NCBI GenBank assembly: GCA_965112735.1
Contig: OZ218952.1
Coordinates: forward strand, 682,001 to 746,000
DNA from: Phaeosaccion multiseriatum
Taxonomy: Eukaryota > Protista > Ochrophyta, other classes
DNA length: 64,000 nt
Reading direction: 5' to 3'
Shown piece after piece: positions 25,383-45,461 of the stretch (its first letter is position 1; the number at the start of each line of letters is the position of its first letter). The notes beneath the pieces were generated by a model. That model was not told the origin of the DNA. It made no database searches and worked only from the letters and a program-made list of their open reading frames with translations. A program made the position numbers and the translations under genes.

Positions 25383-28300
25383 TCCCTCCTCCCCCTCCTC
25401 CTCCTCCTCCTCCTCCTCCTCCTCCTCCTCCTCCTCCTCCTCCTCCTCCTCTTCCCTCACCTGCCCTTTCCCTCTTTGAGCATACGAAGATAGTCCACGA
25501 TCCTCTCGTCCCATCCAGGGCTGTTGGCCTCGTTGATGGAGTACGTCTTTCCTCTCCGTGGGATGCGAATGTTCGGTTCGGTCAACACAAACTCGCCTGC
25601 GTGAGGCATATGGGCAAGTTGTTTTTTTAGATTCAGGTTCCAAATAAGCATTCTATTCTTATAAAGAGAGAAGAGAGAGAAACAAAAACAAAACAAAACA
25701 AGACTGCCCCTCCACACGCCCACACTCCGTCCACCCATTCACGCCCTCACGCCCTCACGCACGCATTCACGCCCTCACGCACGCACGCACTCACTCACTC
25801 ACCCCTCTGTGTGTCCAGTGTGAATCCCTGCACGCCTGACCCCATGGTGATGACAAGCTTGGTGGAAGCCCCGTAGAGGCAATACCCTGCAGCCACCATC
25901 TGGTTGCCCGGTTGGAGTACCGTCCTCCGTCCGATCTTACCTGTGGAGGGAGAGAGAGAGAGAGAGTGGAGGAAGGAGGAAGAGAGAGAGAGGGAGATGG
26001 AGAGAGGGAGAGAGAAAGAGAGAGCGCACCAACCAGCGCAACACGTTTATATATACCCCGGGAGTGGGCGGGTGAGAGAGAGGGTGGGAGGGTGGGTGTG
26101 AGGTATGGATGGAGGCTGCCTGCCTGCCTGCCTGCCTGCCCATCCACCGCCGATATACCTGCCTGTCTGTCTGTCTGCCTGCCTGCCCATCCACCGCCCA
26201 GCTGCCTGCCTGTCTGCCTGTCTATCTGCGTGCCCTCCCACCCACCCATATGCTTGTCTACGTGCCCATATGCCTGTCCAGTCTCACCTCCCAGAGGCCT
26301 TCGTAGGATACCGAAGATGGTGCCTGTGGGGAGGCCTGCTCCGATGTTGGAGGAGCCGTCCAGAGGGTCGAACACAGCCGCGTACTCGCCTGGACAGAGA
26401 GAGGACAGGGAGGCGGAGAGGGTGAGAAGCAGAGAGGAGGGTGGTGAGGGTTAGGGTGCGGAGATGAGAGGAGAGAGGAGGACAGGAGAGGAGGGGACAG
26501 GGTTGAGGATGGAGGGGATGGTGAGAAGGAGAGAGAGAGGAGAGAGGAGAGGGGAGGGGACAGACCTTAGGGTGGAGCAGATGGTGAGAAGGAGAGAGAG
26601 GAGAGAAGGGAGGAGAGGGGAGGGGAGGGACAGGCTTTCGGCTGGAGCGGATGATGAGAAGGGCGAGGGAGGAGAGGAGAGAGGGGACGGTGGGGTAGGT
26701 GCAAGTCCGACGGTCCGCTCAAAGAGCTCATCTCAGTCACTCCTCCCACTCACTCCCTTCCTCCCCTCTGCTCCCTCCGTCCCAGTCCCCACGATGCACT
26801 TTGATCGCCCTGTTCTGCACACCCACGGAATGATACTCGACAGAGTGATGAAAAACTGACGAAACTGACAAGTCTTGCACAGCCACCCACCCACCCACCC
26901 ACCGCTGAAATCGTCGTGATCCACAACCACGGAACAAAGCTGCGGGAATTCCTCCTCCTCGCTGGCCACGCAGCTCATACCCCCCGGGGAGCACATGCCC
27001 CGCACCATGATGGTGTTGGAGACAACGTCAAGCATCTTCTGGGCCTCTCCCTGGATGTTCAGGGCTGAGAGTCAGTCAGTGAGGAATTGCAGGCATATGG
27101 GTAGAGCATAGTTGTTAGAGACAACGTCAAGCATCTTCTGGGCCTCTCCCTGGATGTTCAGGGCTGAGCGTCAGTCAGTGAGGAGTTGCAGGCATACTGG
27201 TGGTGGAGGGTGGTCAGTGAGTTATAGGCATATGGGTAGAGGATGGTTGTTAGAGACAACGTCAAAGCATCTTTTTGGGCCTCTCCCTGGATAGTTCAAG
27301 GCTGAATTTGCAGGCATATGGCCGCGGAGTCTCCCGCCTCACCATCAGACTCGTAGACACCGGCGAGATCGTCGGTTTGGGCCCGTTTGACGAGGCGCGA
27401 GAGTTGTCTACATGTGCTTTCTGCTGCTCGCATTATATCCGCAATGCCTGAGGGAAGGGAGAGAGAGGGAGGGCATCGAGAAGGAGGGTGGGAGAAAGGG
27501 GGTAGGAGAGAGGGAAAGAGGGATAGAGCGGGGGGGAGAGAGAGGGAGAGAAAGAGGGGGGGGGGGGGGGGGGTTATAGAGAGAAAGAGGAGATGGAGCG
27601 GGTTTCGTGAAAAGAGTTGGAGACACAAGAGAGAGAGACAGACGAGAGAGAGAGACGGATGGATCACAAAGCACACACACGAGAGAGAGACGTATAGGAA
27701 CAACGTATAGGACACAAAGCACACACAATACGAAAAGACACGAGGGAAAGAGAAAAGGACGAAGGCAGAGAGCGTGAAGAGAGCGAAGGACAAAGGCTAA
27801 ATGAGGGCAGAGGAAGCGCATCTTACCATGTACTTTTGGGTCCCTCCACGCCTCCACCTCGAGCCATCTGTTGAAGGATTTGGGCTGATTATCATAGTCT
27901 TTCCTGCTGCTACTTGCCCCGGGGTCGACGAGACTATTGCTAATACCGTTGCCAAGCTTCCAAAGCTCCCGCTCCTTCTCCTGTGGGTGGTGTTGGTTGT
28001 TGTGGTGGTGGTGATGGTGTTGTGTGTGTAGAGAAAAAGACAGAAAGAAAGAGAAAGAGAGAGAGCGGAAGGAAGACAGAAGAGTATGGGATAAGCGCGG
28101 GCATTTCGGCCTAGTCTAGCAGTGCAGTCATGCTCTTTAGTAGTAATATAGACACATCACGGAGACAAGGCCGAAGGAACTGGATAACACGGCGACCCAC
28201 TACCACGACCAAGGGACAGAGTCTTCTTTCCCTAAACAGCCAGCGGATGATACTACTCAAGGCAGGCGGCAACACAGCTTCGGCCACAAGTATCACTCAG

Positions 28301-28725
28301 AGCGTCAAGTGCGCTTTGCGTCACGACAACCCCCCTTCGCTATGCAGAAGAAGAAAGAGAGGAGCTCTCACCAGAAGTCTTCGCCTCTCTCTTGCTGCCA
28401 CCGCAGCCGCTTCTTCATCCGTGATCACACTTAGTCGAACGCTCCTGCCCCCACCCCCCCGCTGCCTCCTTCCTGTGGTGAAACCCTCTGGCCCCCTCCC
28501 TCCTATTGCGGCTGATGCCCCAGCCCCTGATGGCACCATTCCCCATGCTCGTGCGGTTGTAGCTACTGCTGCTGCTGAAGGCCGAGCTCCAAAGGTGGAG
28601 AAGGCACTGCCCGAGCCGAGGAGGGACAAACCAATGAGGATGGCCCCCTCTCCCCCGATCCTTCTCCTCCTCCTACCCACCCTTCCACCACTCGCAGGGT
28701 CACTATCTCTGAAAGTAAGTTTCAT
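24381..28725 (-). CDS. fbp: Fructose-1,6-bisphosphatase class I, plastid-targeted (exons 28725-28372, 27980-27827, 27447-27343, 27064-26903, 26389-26288, 25940-25803, 25596-25461, 25066-24930, 24770-24674, 24450-24381)
   Basis: [90 protein letters not shown]. Presequence [14 protein letters not shown]. Phases are consistent. Confidence 0.92.
27015..27322 (-). repeat. Triplicated unit of about 100 bp containing an intron 3' end plus the start of an FBPase exon
   Basis: GAGACAACGTCAAGCATCTTCTGGGCCTCTCCCTGGATGTTCAGGGCTGAG occurs at about 27019 and 27118, with an indel-degenerate copy at about 27253. Confidence 0.9.
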
Positions 28726-30060
28726 ACTATTGGTTTGTCTGTTTCTGCTGCGCCTGCTGCTATCCTCCTGGCAAAGAGGCAGCATCCTCGGGGGGGTAAT
28801 AAGAATTTCTTTACGTAAACAAAAACCATACTCCTCCATCCACCCTATCTCCTAACACACTCGACCCCCGACGTGCTATCGGCGTTTGCGGATACCAGTT
28901 TCGCCAGTTGTGTCCCTTGGCGTTCACCATCCTTCCCCCTGCCCGCAGGCAGAACTCGCAGCTGCCCTCTCCTCCCCCTCTTCGAGGCTCACTTCTACTG
29001 GTGAATGACACCGTGGCTGCCCACCAGTTCCGAAGATTGACACTCCCTTGGGATACTCCCTTGGGCAGGAGTATGCTCTCCTCCTCCTTCTCCACCACCT
29101 CCTCCTGCTCGTCCTCCTGCTCGTCCTCGTCCTCGTCCTCCTCCTCCTCCTCCTCCTCCTCCTCCTCCTCCTCCTCCTGCTCGTCCTCCTCCTCCTCCTC
29201 CTTCTCCACCTCCTCCTCCTGCTCGTCCTCCTTCTCCTCCTCCTCCTCCTCCTCCTCCTCCTCCTCCTCCTCCTCCTCCTCCTCCTTCGACTGACGGAGC
29301 ACGCGCTGATCGCCTAGACCGACTCGAAGCAGCAGCGAGTGGGAAGGAAGGCAGCCACCCCGTATGGCAGACGGCGAGAGGAGGAGGCTCTGGTTTCTGG
29401 TTTGTCCTCTCTCTTGGTTGCTCCCATCGAGATCCAGCGCGGGTCCTTCTCCACAGGGTGTGGTGTTGGCCAGAAACTAGAAGTGAATAAATAGCCAAGC
29501 CTCGCAGTAACTAGTGGTGAGCAGCCAGGCCTCTCTGTCACAACTGACTCCCCTTGCTTGCCTCCTGACTCCTCGAAGGCAGGCCTTGAGTGAGCGAGTG
29601 GTAGCAAGGCCGGTCAGCGTAGACACACACACACTCGCCAAGGGGTGGGTGGGGGTGGCACTCAAACTGGCGACAAGCAGCATCGACCAAGGCCTGCCTT
29701 CCCTAGAGGAGTCCGGGGGGCAAGCTACGCCCTGGGCTCTGTCTCGAACCTGAGTAACCTAACACCCTAATTCACAAAGGATGGAGCAAGTCGATAGATG
29801 GTCATGCCTGCTCCTCACTCCCTCCAGCTGAGGCCCCGCGGCGGGATGGATGGATGGTCATTGGCGAGAGTGAGGAGATGACGTGGAAGGGTCTGTCCCG
29901 GTTGGTCCAACAATCTCGTTCGTCGGTGGTGCGTGCTTTCGGCTGCGCTCTCCACCGCACATGGATATTCTTCCCAAATACCCACACCCCAACCTTTTGC
30001 GTAGTGAGAAGCTCCGTGTGAGCTCCACCCCTTCCCTCTCATAATTCCTACACCACCAAT

Positions 30061-31002
30061 CTACCCCGACGGGAAGTCGTAGATTTGTTTCTCGAAGCTC
30101 CTTCTGCCGTCGGCCTTTCGCGGCACCGTCTCGTCGCCCCCCACAACGGTCGTACGGTGTAAGATACGCACCCCGACCTCCGCAGCCCTCTTTTGCGTGC
30201 CCAGGCACGCGTAGTGTGCCAAGCCCAAGTTGTCTGTAATGAGGAAGTCGCCCGCCTGCCACTTCATCTTGAGGCCAATGGCGTCCATACGAGCTTCGAT
30301 GGCTTGCGTGATCTCTTGCTGAATGAGAGCGGAGGGCAGCATCTTGGCCGAGGGGTCGTCCACAGAGACGGTTTCGGTTTCTTCGATCCATCCGTCCACA
30401 AAGGGCTCGCCGCAGTGGAATACGAGTGTCGGCTCCTCCTCGTCGTCGTCCTCTCCTCGTCGATACGGGTGGCTGCAGACCAATGGATGGACCCGAGCCC
30501 CCTCCCTCCCCCCCCGCCTACTGGCCGTCACCATCCACAATCGGTCCCAGCGACTCCTTTGCTCGTTCGGCAAGCTCTCGTACAGCTCTTTCAAGGGCAC
30601 AAAGTACGTGTCGCCACCTTCAATGACGGAGGGGAAGAACATGGTCTGGAAGGCGAACGGTGTCGCCACGAACGTCCCGTCGATGTGCCATCCGCTCCGC
30701 CCGACGTTGCGGCATCCCTCTTCCTCCACATTGCTCACCCGGAAGATGTCGGGATGCGGCGACTTGGGATGCTTGTAGAAGGTGCTTTCTACTCGGCCCA
30801 GATGCTTTGAGATCTCCACCTGCTGCTCCCCAGTCAAGTCTTGCCCGCGGAAGAGCAGTGCTCGTTCTCTCCGTACGTCGGCCTTGAGCTTGGTCATGAA
30901 GGCGGGATCCCGCAGCACCCCAGGAAGAGACAGGTCCACACCAGTCGCCTCCGCACCGAAGCACGTTGTGAGCGGACGAAGAGTGTAGCTGAAGCCCAAC
31001 AT
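30061..31002 (-). CDS. TauD/TfdA-family alpha-ketoglutarate-dependent dioxygenase, intronless
   Basis: LRPL...FGAEATGVDL, LLFRGQDLT.EQQ, GWHIDGTF (HxD), GGDTYF, VHPLV..HP, WQAGDFLITDN...AH, RILHRTTV. First ATG at 31002. Confidence 0.88.
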   Translation of the reverse strand: MLGFSYTLRPLTTCFGAEATGVDLSLPGVLRDPAFMTKLKADVRRERALLFRGQDLTGEQQVEISKHLGRVESTFYKHPKSPHPDIFRVSNVEEEGCRNVGRSGWHIDGTFVATPFAFQTMFFPSVIEGGDTYFVPLKELYESLPNEQRSRWDRLWMVTASRRGGREGARVHPLVCSHPYRRGEDDDEEEPTLVFHCGEPFVDGWIEETETVSVDDPSAKMLPSALIQQEITQAIEARMDAIGLKMKWQAGDFLITDNLGLAHYACLGTQKRAAEVGVRILHRTTVVGGDETVPRKADGRRSFEKQIYDFPSG

Positions 31003-31147
31003 CCTCTCTCGTATCTCTTCTCTTTTTTTTTCTATCCATCTTTCTCTCTCGTTTCTCTCAGAATTACTTTTGAACCATCCCTTCCCTTCTGATAAATCCC
31101 CTTCTCTTCCAAGGTTATACTCGATTTTACTCGTACTCCTGCTTACG

Positions 31148-40962
<9,815 letters not shown>

Positions 40963-42070
40963 TGAGGTGGAGGAGGTGCGATAGGAACGAACTGAAACTG
41001 AAACTGAACTGAAACTGAACCAAATGAGGGATCGAATGAATCAATCCCTCAGTACATACACGACAGCACCCAGAGCAAAGTCCATCAGGTTCAGTCAACC
41101 ACACGGAGCGGGACGTATGCGGGAGAGGGGAGGAGGGGAGGAGGGGAGAGGGGCAGCACAAGCCAGACAGGGCAGAGGCGCAGGCTGCTGAGGCTGCTGA
41201 GCGATCATTTTGTTACACCCCCGCCCGCCTGCCTGCCACTGCTTGCTGAGCAGGCCACAACTAACGAGGCCACTACTGTGCGGAGGGGCGAAAGCGTCGA
41301 GAGGGAGGAAGGGGGAAGGAGGGGAGGGTGTGCCCGCCCACACTCTCCGTGCTGTGATGTGCGGCAGAGAGGTGGGGATGAATGAGAGCGTTCGTGCATG
41401 TCACTTGCGCACTTTCGGTACGTGTTGTTGGGTCGGCTGCACCCCAAAAGTTATTACTTATTACATGAACATGAGTTGATGAGCGAGCTGGCTCGTGGAC
41501 CCTGCCGTGCTCTCCTGCGCACCGAGAACCTCCCCCCCGGGGCCCCTTCTCAGGCCTGTCCTCTGGCCTCTGTCCTCTGTCCTCTGTCCTCTGTCCTCTG
41601 GCCTCAACATTCTCCTCCCCTTCCTGCTCTGTTCTGTCTATACATTAATGAGCGAATCAAGCATTGATAAAAGAGCGGTCCCCAACTTCCATGGCAGTCA
41701 CTCCTAACGTAAGCATTACGTAAGCCAAAATGCCTCAGGTACTGGTCTGTTCGGTCGATCAGTCGCTCAAGTCTCCACGGCACTTGAGTGGTCCTTCAAG
41801 GCCTTCCATCTCTCCTTCTCCTCTCTTCTCTATCATCCCGTTCAGTCCTTACGGCACTCGGCTACTTCCAGTAATCTTACGTGAGTAGTCAGTAATCTTA
41901 CGTGAGTAGTCATTCGAGGCCATCCCTTGTACCTCTCTCCTCCCTTCTCACTTTTCCTTCATCCTCTATTACGTGAGCCGGTCATTCAAGGCCTTCTATG
42001 CTCTCTTCTCTCACTTTCCCTTCCTCCTCCATTCCGTAAGTAGTCATTCACTTTTTTCCCTTCATCCCGT

Positions 42071-44736
42071 TCAGTCCTTACGACACTCCAATAAGCGAAA
42101 GAGGCCCCCAGCGCCTTTCTCCTGGCGTGTGACTTTGAGCCCTGCTTCCCTCACCAAGGCGGGCACGTCCTGGTTCCAGAAGCAGCCTTTCCCGCCCGCT
42201 GAAGAGAAGAGGGAGGGAGTAGAGTAGGGCAGGGTAGGGGCAGCCAGAGGGGAGGAGTGGGGGGAGAGGAAGAGGGCGAGAGGGAGAGAGGGGGAGGGAG
42301 ACGGAGAGGGAGAGAGGTAAGGAAGGAGAGGGGCAGAAAGAAAGACCACAAGAAGAAAGATGAAATTGTGGAAAGGCCCCCACACCAATGGAGCCGTAAG
42401 CACACCACAAGAAGCTTCGATATCGAGTCCATTTATGATGTTCGATATTGAAAAAGGCCACATGAACATAAATAAACGGAAACCCACATATGCACCCACC
42501 CCACCTTTGGCAATGGTGGAGGCGGTTACGTCCTGATAGGCCGCAACGGCGGGGTTGTCGCTGCGGCAGTTCTCCAGAAGAAGTACACGTCCGCCACGCC
42601 GAGTGACACGCGCCATCTCCCTGGGAGAGGGAGGGGAGTGACAAGGAAGGGGAGGGGCAACAGGGGGGCATGAGGAGAGAGGGCAGAGAAGGGAGAGGGG
42701 AGAGGGGAGAGGGGAGAGAAGGGATGGCTTGAGGGCAGAGGTATGGCGGGGCATACGCCATGTGTGTGTGCGTGTGTGCGTGCGCACGCGTGTGTGTGTA
42801 CCCTAGTCCCTCCTCCCATACCATGCCTACCCACCGAAATGACTGAATCATACAACGCCGCCCACTTCTCCCCCGCTCCTTTACATACGTAATTCTTAGG
42901 CTGATTCCTACAAGTCAATGAAGCCCCCGCCCCCCTCCTTCACCTAAGAGCCTGAGTGGGGTTGGTGAACACACACAGAGAGAAGGTGTCGACAACGCTG
43001 TCGAACGTCCCGTCTTCGAAGTCAAGCTTCTCCACGTCCATTTGCTGTAACGTGACCTTGTCGCTGCCAGGCCATTCATGAATGGTAAGGCGACAAGAGG
43101 CAGAGAGAGGCGGAGAGGGAGGGAAGAGGGGGGTGAGGGAGGGAGGGAGGGAGGGAGGGAGGAATGAGCGCATGAGGGCTGGGGAGAGGAAAGAGGGAAA
43201 CTCCTCTCCCCCCCTCCCTCTCTCCCTCCCTCCCTCTCTCCGTCCCCTCCCTCTGGCTCCCAACCCGACAAATAACTCACCCTAGACCCAGCTGGCCTGC
43301 CTTGGTCCTTGCCTCGTCGAGCATGCCCTTACTGAGATCGATGGCGTCGAGAGAGGCCACTGCCTGTGCTCCCTCTCCGAAGGAGTACTTGGGGAGGTTC
43401 AGGCCTGTGCCCACGGCCACCTCCAGCACTCTTTTGATTGATGGATGGATGGATTCATTGAAGCGCCATTATGGCAGCAAGTCAGTCAAGAAGGTGGAGT
43501 GCAGGGGAAAGAGTTGGGGGGAAGGAGCGTTATTGGAGTTTCAGTTGAATACACCTAGAGAGAAGGGGAAAAACAACCACATACATCTTTCGATCTTTCG
43601 AGACACCTCCTCCCTCCTCACCTGCCCCTGGCGCTACTTAGCAGCTCCGTCCTGAGCTGCTCTATACCCAACTTGTCCGCCAACGCGCCTCCATCAAGAC
43701 TATCGTAGTCCTTGGCGAAACCGTCGTAGGAGTCCTGTGTGAAGGCTTTGCTGCCAAACCCGGCCGGGGCCGGGGCCAGAGCCGGGGCCGAGGAGGAGGA
43801 GGAGGGGCTCTCGGCTGCGATGCTGGGGAGCGGTCCCCCTGAGCTGAGTGTGAGGAGGGGCAAAGCGGCCACCACTCCTCCCACGGACACGGTGAGCATC
43901 CTGCTGAGAGTCTCTCTCCTGCCCAGGGCGGGGCCTCTGATACCAGCACCCCGCCCTCTGCTGCTACTTCTACCACTTCTTCTATTCGTTCTATTGATGA
44001 TGTGACTGGCGCGGCTTCCACTACCACCACCACTGCTGCTGCGCACGCGCTCTGCTGCCGAGCCCTGTCCCTCCTCCTCCTCCTCCCCCTCCTCTTCCTC
44101 CTCCTCCCCCAAAAGCTGCCCTCTGTCCCGCCTGGATCCGAAGACCAAAAGATTCACGCCTACTGTTAAGTCCGAGTGCCCCGCCGCCTGCCGCCCCTGC
44201 TCCTCGTTTAGTCTACTGCCATCTACTACGACAACGGCCTCTGCGAGCGCCACACTGCGCTGCTCGTCCACACCGTGGATGTGCCACCTCACGGCCCGCT
44301 TGCCAGCAGCGCTGCATGCCTGGTCCACATAGTTCACGTAGTAGCTCCCCTTGCCTTCTACACCGTCACTCTCTCCTTGCGGCTGTCGGTGGAGCAATGG
44401 TATTTCAATCGTCATGAGGGAGAGGGGGGGAGGTTGCAAAGAGGGCATCGGGGCCGCCCCTGCTGCGGATGATGCTGGCGCAACTCCATCCTCCTCCCCG
44501 TGAGGATGAGCTGCGGACAGCCGAGTCACCCTGCAGTCTCCCTTGCAACCTTTGCGCCTCCTCCTCCCCCCTGTCCTGCAGCTGTGAAGTACGAAATGAT
44601 CTTTAGCCGGAGTGGAGCCCAGTCCTTGCTGCAATCGCTGGTGCTGGTGCTGAAGAGCAAGCGTCCAGGCGGAGCAGGTTGGTACCAGCACAAGAGCCAC
44701 CACCGCTGCCCCCGCTATAGGTCGCATCGATATCAT
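42071..44736 (-). CDS. Class I SAM-dependent methyltransferase (Methyltransf_11-like) with signal/plastid presequence and an internal Tat-like peptide (exons approx. 44736-43622, 43430-43281, 43063-42944, 42620-42505, 42198-42071)
   Basis: [12 protein letters not shown] (motif I), [53 protein letters not shown]. Signal peptide [21 protein letters not shown]. Confidence 0.85.
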
Positions 44737-45461
44737 ATCCCAAATGAAAGTGAAGTACAGGTAGAAAAGCAGAGTACGCATTTGCCAGCTGTGAGCAGCC
44801 TCACCTCGGCCGTCCCGAGGGGCCAAATTCCCCCTCCTTTCCTTTTTCATTTCCTTTTCCCTTTCCCTCTTCACCTCCCCCCCAAGTGTTAAAGGACCGT
44901 CCTAAAGGACCGCGCCTTCTCCGCCCTCGATATTTTCCTCTTTCAGCTCCTCTTCTTGTCCTGCTCTGCGACTGCTGCTGAGGTTGACGCCCTTGGCTGT
45001 ATGTGGCGCTAATTCATCCTCAACCCAAAGAGGCCTGAAGAGGTGAGAATGGGGTGCTTATGCGCCTTCCTTTTTCTCCTGCCCTTTCTGCTACCGCTGT
45101 GGCTACCACGATTGTGGGTAATCCCACGCGCATTCCGTATTGTCCTTGTATACGTACAGATAGGAAACCATAGAGTTGAGGCCTTGTCGTTAACATTTTC
45201 CCTTCTGGTGTATTATGCAGGTATCCAACGCTCCCCCCCCCCCCTCTCCTCCTCCCTGCGTCCGCGTCCCTCTCCTCCTCCTGGCCAGTCCTCGCAGAAC
45301 AGGCATCGACTGGCAGCACCTCGGCTCCGGCTTGGCTCCCTTGGTGCTGGGCTCCCTTGGTGGGCCTGGACCCGTCACTGGCCACCACTTTGCGTTGGGC
45401 GTGCGTGTCTCGTCGTTGCTGTGGTGCAAGAGGCACCACAGCAGGCTGACGCTCACCCACC

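Noticed and set aside
28811-29302. Poly-Glu ORF as a gene
   Set aside because: It has no ATG start, derives from a (CCT)n microsatellite and has no domain. It cannot be supported, although an unrecognised exon is not excluded.
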